This document shows positions 47,227 to 55,642 of a stretch of DNA of 64,000 bases, piece after piece. A model generated the notes under the pieces. That model was not told the origin of the DNA. It saw nothing but the letters and a program-made list of their open reading frames with translations, and did not search any database. Origin of the DNA: a virus. The position numbers and the translations under genes were made by a program. Where the stretch lies: positions 1-64,000 of IMG/VR virus record IMGVR_UViG_3300031957_002938, one strand, 5' to 3'. Every line of letters starts with the position of its first letter. The first letter of the stretch is position 1.

Positions 47227-48146
47227 TATCCTATCTTTTCTAATGCTTTAATTCCTTTACCTGTAATCTCTCTCTTGCCATCGATTCTCATAAACCCATT
47301 CTTCAAGAGAAACACTTCTGAATCTTTTTGTAATGCGGTTCTAGACATACCAGTAACAGCAGATAACATCTGCAAGGTGCAAGCTCCACGCTCTTTCAAG
47401 ATTCGCATCACTTGTAGCTCGGTGTTATTGATACCATATGGCATAATACCTAGCAAGTCACATAGATTATCCCACTCTTTTTTGCCGAATCTGGATTTGT
47501 TATTAACTTCGGCCCATGCACTGATCTCTAATGCTCTCTTGATAGCAGACCGTGCATTACCTCGAACTGTTTGGCAGACTTCTTTAAGAACATTACCCTC
47601 GAACTTAATCCAGTCTAATTTTCTTTGCAGTATGCCACCCAACTGATCTGCGGTATAAGGTTCAAAATCAAGTTGAGTAAGGCGATCTTTAAATGGTGGG
47701 AACAATTTATCAAGCTCTGTAGTAGCGAATAGAAAAGTCTGACGCTCGAACTCGAAGAATAAGGTAGATTCACCGAACTCAAACCTCTTGGTCTTCGCTC
47801 CCTCTACGTTAAATATTGTAAGGAATGCCATCTCAAGATCTTTGGGTAGTGAGTGACACTCATCCAAAAGAATGGTAACGTCCTTATCTAAAATAGCAGG
47901 AATAAAAATTTGTTCAAAGAACTGCTCTGCATTACGAATGGTAGAACAATTAATTTCAATCATTGGCTTCTGTAGAGACTTAGCAAAAGATTTCGCAAAC
48001 TCTGTCTTGCCCAATCCTTTAGCTCCATTAAAAACAATAAAAGGAAGCGTTCCTGTAGCTTTCTTTGCTCTGCTGTAAAACTTGAGACGCTTTTTAAGTG
48101 TCTCCTGTCCAATCAGCCCATCAAACATATCAGTGGTATTGCTCAT
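47226..48146 (-). CDS. ruvB: RuvB-like Holliday junction branch-migration AAA+ ATPase
   Basis: FDGLIGQ, GAKGLGKT, LLDECH, FATT, PFKDR, RGNAR, C-terminal winged helix with E.FL...G.....G R.IT.KG. Confidence 0.75.
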   Translation of the reverse strand: MSNTTDMFDGLIGQETLKKRLKFYSRAKKATGTLPFIVFNGAKGLGKTEFAKSFAKSLQKPMIEINCSTIRNAEQFFEQIFIPAILDKDVTILLDECHSLPKDLEMAFLTIFNVEGAKTKRFEFGESTLFFEFERQTFLFATTELDKLFPPFKDRLTQLDFEPYTADQLGGILQRKLDWIKFEGNVLKEVCQTVRGNARSAIKRALEISAWAEVNNKSRFGKKEWDNLCDLLGIMPYGINNTELQVMRILKERGACTLQMLSAVTGMSRTALQKDSEVFLLKNGFMRIDGKREITGKGIKALEKIG

Positions 48147-48391
48147 CAATCAAATGTGTTTACGGTAAATTCGATTCTCTCTTCGGTTTCTTCTTTTTTA
48201 GCGGGAGCAGGATCGATTGTCAAGGCTTCTTGTGCTTCGATTACATCTTCCAGCCAACGCTTGGATACTACAATGGTCGCTTGATTGGTCATGCCTACAT
48301 CACGCAAACGATCAGACAAGTCTTTAAGTCTGATCTTAGTGAATGAAGTAGAACCTTTCTTGCGTCCTCTTTTCTTTGGTGTTTCGCTCAT
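48146..48391 (-). CDS. Small basic DNA-binding-like protein (AT-hook-like KKRGRKKGS)
   Basis: N-terminal RGRK motif; promoter TTGCGC-N16-TATAAT just upstream. Confidence 0.6.
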   Translation of the reverse strand: MSETPKKRGRKKGSTSFTKIRLKDLSDRLRDVGMTNQATIVVSKRWLEDVIEAQEALTIDPAPAKKEETEERIEFTVNTFD

Positions 48392-48479
48392 ATGTTGGGT
48401 ATTATATATGGGTCAGAACCAAGCGCAAGTCTTTTTTTTCATTTAAATTAATTTTTTTTCTATAAGTGTAATTAATAGT

Positions 48480-48812
48480 ATGACTCTCATTGTAGTTTCC
48501 CAACTCACAACAAAGGAAGGACTATACTTTAGATATCTGACAAGTGCTATAAAATTACACTATAATATGGACGTAATTGTAGAGGCACAAAAAGCACAAA
48601 TAGATCATTATTATTCGTTATTAAAAAAAAGAGGTCTATATGATTTTGTATCAGAGATTGTGACCCCAGAGATGAGAGAGGAAGGAATTAGACTTGATAC
48701 GGAGATGAATTATCCACTCACCGTAACGACACAGAAAATAAACGTAATTAACGTTTCAGGTTTAATTACTTCCATAAATAATCTTTATCAAATTAAAAAT
48801 AATTTTAATTAA
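48480..48812 (+). CDS. Hypothetical protein, counter-oriented, with GTGTAA motif
   Basis: ORF flanked by AT-rich gaps; GTGTAA at 48466. Confidence 0.6.
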   Translation: MTLIVVSQLTTKEGLYFRYLTSAIKLHYNMDVIVEAQKAQIDHYYSLLKKRGLYDFVSEIVTPEMREEGIRLDTEMNYPLTVTTQKINVINVSGLITSINNLYQIKNNFN

Positions 48813-48874
48813 TTTTAATTGTTTTTAAATAATTTTAATTCTTTTATTTGAAAAAAAATCATTCGATCTGGGAC

Positions 48875-49363
48875 TTATTTGGCGCAAGATGATTCGATCT
48901 GGGAAATAAACCAAGAAGGGGTTTCTCTTTTACTCCATTTAGCGAAGTAAGCTTTCTCTCCATTGTAATAAGAGCGGTAAGCTGTAACAGAGCATTCGTT
49001 TTTGTATTCATCTGGCATTGCTTGAGCGAACTTAGTCAGACCTATGCGTGGTAGATCTAATTTGTGGTAGTTACACCCACACCAGTGGATAGCTTCTAGA
49101 GATTTATGCACCTTACTGTAGCGTCTAGTATACTCTTGGCACATGGCGTAAGCGTGAGAAAGTAGCCATTCGTAATTTTCTTCGGATTCTCTTGCCCATT
49201 TAGTGCATGGATGATTGTAGAATGCTCTTTTGTATGGAGCATCTCCCTTGGGGAAGACAGCGCAAAGCATTTGGGCTGACTCAAGAATCATTTTTACTAC
49301 ATGTTTATCGCACAATTGTTGTGCGGCTATCTTGGGGTCGGTATCTACTGCGAATATATTCAT
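48875..49363 (-). CDS. Pyrimidine-dimer DNA glycosylase (DenV-like)
   Basis: MNIF...DKHVVKMILESAQML, NHPCTKW, EYTRRY.K.H, QAMPDEY. Confidence 0.85.
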   Translation of the reverse strand: MNIFAVDTDPKIAAQQLCDKHVVKMILESAQMLCAVFPKGDAPYKRAFYNHPCTKWARESEENYEWLLSHAYAMCQEYTRRYSKVHKSLEAIHWCGCNYHKLDLPRIGLTKFAQAMPDEYKNECSVTAYRSYYNGEKAYFAKWSKRETPSWFISQIESSCAK

Positions 49364-49366
49364 GTT

Positions 49367-50083
49367 TCAGACACTGTGTCCGAGAAAACGGAGAAGATCA
49401 AGATATTTTTTTGATTCCTCATCTCTTATATCATGATCACCAGCCATATGAAAGACATATGGTAAAGCTTTCAATTTAGCTAGTATCTCGCGCTCACTGA
49501 CATTGTAATGCTGAAGCTCTAAATAAGGAATAAGTTTTGTTATGCTATTTACATTATCTACATCGTCTTGATAAAAACCTCTGACAAGAGCTTGGTCTTC
49601 AATCCAGTTCATTTTAGGACACAATAAACTTTTCCATTTTCTTTTTCCGCAATATTTATCTTTTAGTTCATCTGAAAAAGACCATTTCTTTAAAATCTCC
49701 ACGACCCTCTGTGTATTTTTGAAAATAGCAACGCCTGTATTTATTGCAGGGGGATTGATTTTAGAATCGTCCTCGCCAAACATAATTTCTTTTTTATACT
49801 TTTTAATTATTTTAGTTATAGGAGGAGACATATTATAAAAAAAAGCATCAGCATCTACCCATACTATGTAATCATAATCATTTATGTATTCAAGTATGAA
49901 CGGATATCTCTCCCAATGACCGCTTCTAGGTTCTCCCTTCCAAGCAGAAGATGTATAATACTTCTTAGAAGATTTTATTAAATCATATCCATATTTGTCG
50001 CAATAAACTTTATTTATTTTATGGCAGTTATCTCCATAAGATTTAAATTTTCCGTCATACCACATTAAAAAAGCGATCTTCAT
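49367..50083 (-). CDS. GT34 (GMA12/MNN10-like) glycosyltransferase
   Basis: YCDKYGY, YDYIVWVDADA (DXD), INTGV, EDQ, FHMAG. Confidence 0.8.
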   Translation of the reverse strand: MKIAFLMWYDGKFKSYGDNCHKINKVYCDKYGYDLIKSSKKYYTSSAWKGEPRSGHWERYPFILEYINDYDYIVWVDADAFFYNMSPPITKIIKKYKKEIMFGEDDSKINPPAINTGVAIFKNTQRVVEILKKWSFSDELKDKYCGKRKWKSLLCPKMNWIEDQALVRGFYQDDVDNVNSITKLIPYLELQHYNVSEREILAKLKALPYVFHMAGDHDIRDEESKKYLDLLRFLGHSV

Positions 50084-50238
50084 TACCAATTCTTTATAAT
50101 ATTAGCTACAATAAATAAATTACAGACGACAGCTTGAAGGATAATTACAGTTCTAATGAAAGCTACACAATCAGCTTCATGATTTTTTCCCTGTTTTTCT
50201 CCTAATGCTTTTGCCCACAATCTCCAAACATTTTTCAT
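50083..50238 (-). CDS. Small conserved phage membrane protein (51 aa, MKNVWRLWAKALGEK...)
   Basis: WRLWAKALGEK...EAD...IRT pattern with a C-terminal TM; fills the gap with overlaps at both ends. Confidence 0.7.
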   Translation of the reverse strand: MKNVWRLWAKALGEKQGKNHEADCVAFIRTVIILQAVVCNLFIVANIIKNW

Positions 50239-50693
50239 GGCATATCTCCCTCTCCGACAGAGTAAGTCTGCTTATAGTGAAGACCTTCGTTACCGTTTTG
50301 TCCGATAACATTCATACGCTTTTCCGCTTGGATCTCTTCTTTTCCAGTTGGTAATTTGGAAACTGGTCGTTCGATCTGGGATCTTTCTTCCATCAACATC
50401 GCTTTAGCTAATATCGCGTAATTTACGATATCATCGCAAGCGTCCTCCACTGTCTCATTTGGAACAGATAGTTCTTTATCGTTAGTGAACGAACGGATTC
50501 TCTGCACCTTATCTATAACACGCAAGAGTAAACCCTGCACAGGATGGATGTTAAGGATTTTGGATGAATTAAAATTAGCGAATATATCTGTGGCAGTTTT
50601 GCCTCCAGTGTAATCATTATTTTTCTTAAGCATGATGTCCCTACAAGATTTGCAAGTGTCATCGTGGAGTTGGAGTAGTTCTTTACTGTTCAT
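50235..50693 (-). CDS. Nucleotide modification-associated domain 1 (DUF1599-like) protein
   Basis: KKNNDY, ANF, RVIDKVQRI, ETVEDACDDIVNYAIL. Confidence 0.75.
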   Translation of the reverse strand: MNSKELLQLHDDTCKSCRDIMLKKNNDYTGGKTATDIFANFNSSKILNIHPVQGLLLRVIDKVQRIRSFTNDKELSVPNETVEDACDDIVNYAILAKAMLMEERSQIERPVSKLPTGKEEIQAEKRMNVIGQNGNEGLHYKQTYSVGEGDMP

Positions 50694-50861
50694 TTTGATA
50701 TTTTTTTATGGAAGGTAAATAAACATGTTATTTCGATTCCCTTTCTGCTTCTTTTAAAAATTTATCCAACTCTTCTTCAGTGGGATAACGCATCTCGTCT
50801 TTCATTCCCTCGGGAATTTGACCAAGCCAGCAAATACTTTTTTCTTTTTCTGGTTTATGTT

Positions 50862-51275
50862 TCATTGTTTAAGATATTCTATTGCTTTTTTAAGTAAATT
50901 AACATCGTCTTTAAAACACCCAATCGCACGATTACATGGATGGCAAAGCCAACCTCTGGCCTTATCTGTTAAATGGCAATGATCTAAAACCCAAGCGCCC
51001 AACTTTAACCCTCCTTTTCCTACGACATCCCCTTCACTTCCCCCACAAATAGGACAGCGGTGATCGGGTGAGGGAGGAGGTGTTATTTGTTTTAAACGCT
51101 CTCGGACATGAGCTAGTTCATTATTACATTTTCTGCACTCTGGTCGATAATAGTTTGCTCCTCCATGCATCGAAAAGCTATCAATAGGTAGAACCTTGTG
51201 ACATTTATTGCACTGGCGAGTTTCTACTCCTTTAGGTATCGAATAAATTTCTCCAAATAATTCTGTTTGGATCAT
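50862..51275 (-). CDS. Recombination endonuclease VII family nuclease
   Basis: CPICG...LDHCH.T...RGWLCHPCNRAIG.FKD...L.KAIEYL. Confidence 0.88.
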   Translation of the reverse strand: MIQTELFGEIYSIPKGVETRQCNKCHKVLPIDSFSMHGGANYYRPECRKCNNELAHVRERLKQITPPPSPDHRCPICGGSEGDVVGKGGLKLGAWVLDHCHLTDKARGWLCHPCNRAIGCFKDDVNLLKKAIEYLKQ

Positions 51276-51580
51276 TCAATTGGTTTCCTAGCTAAATGCG
51301 TAGAAGAAATATTATATTCTTCTGAATGTTTACTTCCTTTAGCTATCGAGGTAAAGGTAAGACTGTCTTGGGGTGCAGCAGGACCACCATAACCGCTATC
51401 TTCATCGATCATGTTAAGCATTTTCTCCAGTTGATACTTAGTGAGAGTGACTTTGACTGGAATTTCTTTTTGTTTGTTGTAAGTCACCACTAATTCTTCA
51501 TTAAGAATGATTTTATCTTTTTTGAGATAAATTAAACTGGCGGCGGTTACAATTCCCACGGATAATAATATGTATTTCAT
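51272..51580 (-). CDS. Hypothetical membrane-anchored protein
   Basis: N-terminal hydrophobic helix. Confidence 0.55.
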   Translation of the reverse strand: MKYILLSVGIVTAASLIYLKKDKIILNEELVVTYNKQKEIPVKVTLTKYQLEKMLNMIDEDSGYGGPAAPQDSLTFTSIAKGSKHSEEYNISSTHLARKPIE

Positions 51581-52059
51581 TACTCTACTAGTAGTTGGAA
51601 TATTTGTTCGTCTGTATATTTGTCAGGATTATTAGAAGCGTCAATCAATAAGTCTGTATGATTTAATAGCTCCTGTCTAATTTGGCCATAAGTTTTAGAA
51701 TCAAGAACTAATTCTCTTGTTTTTAGATCATAAACATATAAGTCTTCATGGAATCTCGTATACTCATTTAGATAATCTAAAACATCTTCTATTGTAGGGA
51801 GGACTTCTAGCTGCTCATCATCATATGAATTCTGTATTCTTATTTCATATTTGAATGTTACCTCTGTGACATCTGGCTCACCTTCTTCTAAAGGGTGAAC
51901 CTCTGGAGCCATAACTTCGACTTTGATTTTTGGTTTTAAAACTTCATCTGTTTCAAACTCTGTGTCTACAAAAAACAAAAAGATTTGAATGAATACGAAT
52001 ACGAGTAAACCGAATACAAGTCCACCTACTAAAGCTTTTATTAAATCTTTTTTAGACAT
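51580..52059 (-). CDS. Hypothetical membrane-anchored acidic protein
   Basis: N-terminal TM. Confidence 0.6.
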   Translation of the reverse strand: MSKKDLIKALVGGLVFGLLVFVFIQIFLFFVDTEFETDEVLKPKIKVEVMAPEVHPLEEGEPDVTEVTFKYEIRIQNSYDDEQLEVLPTIEDVLDYLNEYTRFHEDLYVYDLKTRELVLDSKTYGQIRQELLNHTDLLIDASNNPDKYTDEQIFQLLVE

Positions 52060-52369
52060 CTTTTACAAATTTTCCGTCAACCATCTTGCCAGTTCTATCT
52101 TTAATTTCGTTGTATGCTTGCTCCAGACAAGTAGTAGGATCAAGATCCATCATTTTGGCAGCAATGATAATAGTAACAAGCATATCGCCAATACCATCAG
52201 CTATTTCAGTATGATCACCGCCATGAAAATCATTCTTTACTGCCTCTATTGTTTCATTCAACTCTTCTTGAGTCTTATCTAATTGAGCCAAAGGATCTCC
52301 ACCATTGAAAATACCTCTCTCTTCTGCCCATTTTATGACATACAAACTTAATTCGTAAAACGATTTCAT
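52052..52369 (-). CDS. MazG-like nucleotide pyrophosphohydrolase
   Basis: KTQEELNE, IADGIGDMLVT, CLEQAYNEIKDRTGKMVDGKFVK. Confidence 0.88.
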   Translation of the reverse strand: MKSFYELSLYVIKWAEERGIFNGGDPLAQLDKTQEELNETIEAVKNDFHGGDHTEIADGIGDMLVTIIIAAKMMDLDPTTCLEQAYNEIKDRTGKMVDGKFVKDV

Positions 52370-52671
52370 TAGTTATTATTATTGTTGTTCTTTTTTTGTT
52401 CCATTCTTCGGATATGTTTATCCCAAATAGATTCTTCTTGAGCGGGGACTTGAAAATCGGCACGTTTAAAGTCTTTGGAGACACCAAAAATTTTCTGTAA
52501 CCTTCTGACCCGAGACGCTTCTACAGACTGCTTGTAAATTTGCAAGGGAAATGTGACAAGAGAATTAAAAAAAGCACAAAGCCCAATAAATACTGCCAAA
52601 AGCAAACCCACTGTCAATCCTGCCACTAAGCTAAATAAGCCATATAAAAAGTTTCTGTAATTAAATTTCAT
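52369..52671 (-). CDS. Hypothetical membrane protein (start likely MKFNY)
   Basis: Hydrophobic segment; co-oriented. Confidence 0.5.
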   Translation of the reverse strand: MKFNYRNFLYGLFSLVAGLTVGLLLAVFIGLCAFFNSLVTFPLQIYKQSVEASRVRRLQKIFGVSKDFKRADFQVPAQEESIWDKHIRRMEQKKNNNNNN

Positions 52672-52885
52672 AAACAACTGTGTAGTTATCAGGTTTGATG
52701 CCAACAACATTGAACTCAATGTATTCAGCAGCTTCGTCTACACTCATGCCAGACTTAGAAAAATAGTCAAGCATTTTTTTATGAGAATAAACAAGAAACC
52801 CTCTTTGATCGTTGCCAATGATACAATCATCTAGACCATCAAACTTTATTGCCTCTTCACATAAGGCTAATTCGTCTATCTCCAT
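52661..52885 (-). CDS. Conserved phage hypothetical protein
   Basis: DGLDDCIIG...VYS...M...EAAEYIEFNV.G pattern. Confidence 0.7.
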   Translation of the reverse strand: MEIDELALCEEAIKFDGLDDCIIGNDQRGFLVYSHKKMLDYFSKSGMSVDEAAEYIEFNVVGIKPDNYTVVYEI

Positions 52886-52995
52886 ATAAAATAATTAGAT
52901 AAAATATAAAAAGAATACAATAAAAAAAGCAAATAAATAAAGGCTTCTATTCTAGACATGTCGATTTTAACGTTAACGTTCGACATGTATTACAT

Positions 52996-53229
52996 TCATG
53001 CGTTCACATTCGACGCATGTTCTTCAGGAAAATACCTGCGAAGACAATCCAAACGATCATCTGCATCGACCAAAAGTTCCAAAGCTTGCCTCGCATTCTT
53101 CCAGTAATCATCTGTAGAATGATCGCCAATACCTACGGAATGGTCAGATAGTAAATCAAGAGAAAGCAATGCCTTATCTCTTTCCGCAATAGCTTCGCTG
53201 TGAAGCATGTCATATAGTTGTCGTTTCAT
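52996..53229 (-). CDS. Conserved phage hypothetical protein
   Basis: VGIGDHS motif in a helical hairpin. Confidence 0.65.
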   Translation of the reverse strand: MKRQLYDMLHSEAIAERDKALLSLDLLSDHSVGIGDHSTDDYWKNARQALELLVDADDRLDCLRRYFPEEHASNVNA

Positions 53230-53434
53230 TTATTTTCTTCTTTTTTTCTTTGATGCTCCTCAATAAAGCGGTCCTGTTCTGCATTAATCCCTAGAAGGCG
53301 GCAAACAAATAGGATAAAGGCTATCCAGGCGATAATAATAAATATCCATAATAGCATAGAGTCGATTATACTTACAATTTAAGTTGCGTCAATAGATTTT
53401 TCAAGAATCTAGAAAAAAGTGTAACTAAAAGAGT

Positions 53435-53710
53435 ATGCCTATAGACTTATTAAGCGAAATTCATTCTAGCATTTCAGTTGAATCTGGTGATTGGGCCAGT
53501 TTTAGAGCTGAAGTCACTGGTATGTATTTATTAAGTGGACAAAATGGTGAAGTCGGTAGACAACACTTATTAAGAGAATACAACAGGAATATCAACGAGA
53601 GATATAAATCTTGGACTGGTTCTGCACCTGTCACCACTGGTTTGTTTATAGAGCCTTATAATAACGGGTTTAGTTATATAGGGACTGGAGACTTCAGAGA
53701 CTACCCTTAA
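53435..53710 (+). CDS. Small putative virion protein, counter-oriented
   Basis: GTGTAA at 53419; S/T-G-rich like the tail proteins. Confidence 0.55.
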   Translation: MPIDLLSEIHSSISVESGDWASFRAEVTGMYLLSGQNGEVGRQHLLREYNRNINERYKSWTGSAPVTTGLFIEPYNNGFSYIGTGDFRDYP

Positions 53711-54243
53711 ACACTATCTATAGGTAGCTCATACTCCTGATATGGGAGAATCCAATGTTCGCAATTGGCAATGAATATATCTTGTAGATTAACCATAGAC
53801 ATTAAGTCTTTCCTACCTTTTCTCCTATAACCTTTATAAAGACACTCATTTACTTTTGTTACAGTGTCTCTCAAATCACATTTTTTCTTTGCTAACTGGT
53901 ATAAATCAGAATTTTTAACATGCAAAAAGAAAGCTCCTACATCAAAAGCTATCCAAACTGGGGTTCCACTTTCATTGCACCAACCAGTTTTGCCACCGAC
54001 ATTTAGAAACTCTAAAAGTATCTTACCTTCTCTTGTAGAGTTTTTTAAACCTTTTAAATCCACAGTCTCACCTTCTACAACAAAATCAACATGCCCTATG
54101 TCTTGAGCTTTACCTGTCTTCTTGATAGATAAACCTGCCGACAAACAAGAGTCATGATACCTCTTTACAGACTCATCCATCAATTTTTTTGTATGAGCTA
54201 CATGGCTTAAGCCAGACAGACCTTTAGCTTTATTGGAGATCAT
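53707..54243 (-). CDS. PD-(D/E)XK nuclease-like protein
   Basis: HVDFVV..ETVDLKG, ILLEF.N..G..GW, RKGRKD. Confidence 0.65.
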   Translation of the reverse strand: MISNKAKGLSGLSHVAHTKKLMDESVKRYHDSCLSAGLSIKKTGKAQDIGHVDFVVEGETVDLKGLKNSTREGKILLEFLNVGGKTGWCNESGTPVWIAFDVGAFFLHVKNSDLYQLAKKKCDLRDTVTKVNECLYKGYRRKGRKDLMSMVNLQDIFIANCEHWILPYQEYELPIDSV

Positions 54244-54290
54244 AAGTTGTATTGTAGCTTATAATTAATTTAAATCAAGTAAATATACAG

Positions 54291-54320
54291 CAAAACCCCC
54301 AACCCAAAAGGGAGGGGGTG
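54291..54320 (-). terminator. Probable terminator
   Basis: ACCCCCTCCC-TTTT-GGGTTGGGGGT-TTT on the minus strand. Confidence 0.55.
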
Positions 54321-54352
54321 TCTAGAGATTAATCTATAAAATAACCCGTAGA

Positions 54353-54535
54353 CTATTTCTGCTTGGCTTTCCCGACATTTAACGCCGCCCAATCAATTAT
54401 AGAATAGATTTTAGACCAAATCGTCCCCTCTTTAGGGGTAGGGGTGGCAGCAGCGATTGCAGATGCGAAAGCGATTCCAGCAGTCACTACACCAAACCAA
54501 GGGTTATCTTGAACTAGTTGAAGAATGATATCCAT
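54353..54535 (-). CDS. Small holin-like membrane protein
   Basis: ASAIAAATPTP...IDWAALNVGKAK pattern; GTGTAA upstream. Confidence 0.6.
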   Translation of the reverse strand: MDIILQLVQDNPWFGVVTAGIAFASAIAAATPTPKEGTIWSKIYSIIDWAALNVGKAKQK

Positions 54536-54549
54536 ATTGTTATTTACAC

Positions 54550-55152
54550 CTAATCAGGATAAACTATGTAACCTTTTTCTTTGATTTTAGACCAAATTTG
54601 CCTTTCTGCCCATTCCTCCTGAAATCTTTCTTGATTAGATTTTAGCCATCTTTCGTGAGAGTCTTTTGTTATTTGAAGAGCTGCACTCTTAGATTTCCAA
54701 TCTCCCACTTTAGTATCAGAATCTCTGTCTATTTTGTAAATTTTGAAAAATTGCCTGTAGATTTTAAGGTGGGCTAATTCAATATCGTGAACTGTTTTGT
54801 ATTTATCCACAGGTGACCAATGAGGCACGGCAATTAGTTTATTATCAACTTCTCCACCGTCAATAAAACCTAAAACCCCAAGGACACGGCAAGATACTAA
54901 ACTCCCTCTATCTATAGGGTCATGGTTAAAAATTAAAACATCTAGAGGATCGTTATCAAGGGCAATAGTTTGTGGAATAAACCCATAATTTATTGGATAT
55001 TGCAAAGAAGAAACAAGACATCTATCTAATTTAAATATGTTTAAACTCTCATCATACTCATATTTTGTATTAGTCCCTTTAGGTATTTCTACGATACAAT
55101 TCACATGCTCATAATCATCTGAAGTAATAGGAATATCGTTAACTAAATTCAT
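54550..55152 (-). CDS. ppa: Family I inorganic pyrophosphatase
   Basis: VEIPKG..KYEYD, LDR, YPINYGFIPQT, DNDPLDV, D.GE.D.K. Confidence 0.93.
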   Translation of the reverse strand: MNLVNDIPITSDDYEHVNCIVEIPKGTNTKYEYDESLNIFKLDRCLVSSLQYPINYGFIPQTIALDNDPLDVLIFNHDPIDRGSLVSCRVLGVLGFIDGGEVDNKLIAVPHWSPVDKYKTVHDIELAHLKIYRQFFKIYKIDRDSDTKVGDWKSKSAALQITKDSHERWLKSNQERFQEEWAERQIWSKIKEKGYIVYPD

Positions 55153-55636
55153 TTAAATCTTTATTTTCTATTTCCCAATTATCTGCTCTTAGGGGAAAAG
55201 ATTCTGGACCCCTCATCCGAACCGTCCCTTTCGGGTAGAAAGACGCTCTCTTTTTAAAATCTTTTTTAGAAACCCAACCACAGATAGAGAGATTTTTCTT
55301 TTTAGTATTCAAGGAAGTAAAAATGTAAGCCTCTGATTTGTGTTTCAATTGCACATCAAAAACATTATTTATGTAAAAAGGTTTGGGATCTACAGTCCTA
55401 TTCATAGACTTTATGTCGGTTTTCTGGCCTTTATACATTACATCGTAACCGCCATCAAACCCTTTAGGTTCTATTAACGGGAGTTTTAAATATTGCCTCA
55501 CCATATTTTCAGAAAGTATCCCAATAAATTGTTCTTTGGGACTTCCATCATCTTTACCTCTTTGCCCAAAATTATTTTCTTCTACTAATTTTTTACTGTA
55601 ATCATAAACTTCTTTCTTAATAGGTAATGTTATCAT
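55139..55636 (-). CDS. PD-(D/E)XK-like hypothetical protein
   Basis: G..SE...DGGYD...DIKS...CGW pattern. Confidence 0.55.
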   Translation of the reverse strand: MITLPIKKEVYDYSKKLVEENNFGQRGKDDGSPKEQFIGILSENMVRQYLKLPLIEPKGFDGGYDVMYKGQKTDIKSMNRTVDPKPFYINNVFDVQLKHKSEAYIFTSLNTKKKNLSICGWVSKKDFKKRASFYPKGTVRMRGPESFPLRADNWEIENKDLNEFS

Positions 55637-55642
55637 TTGTTT

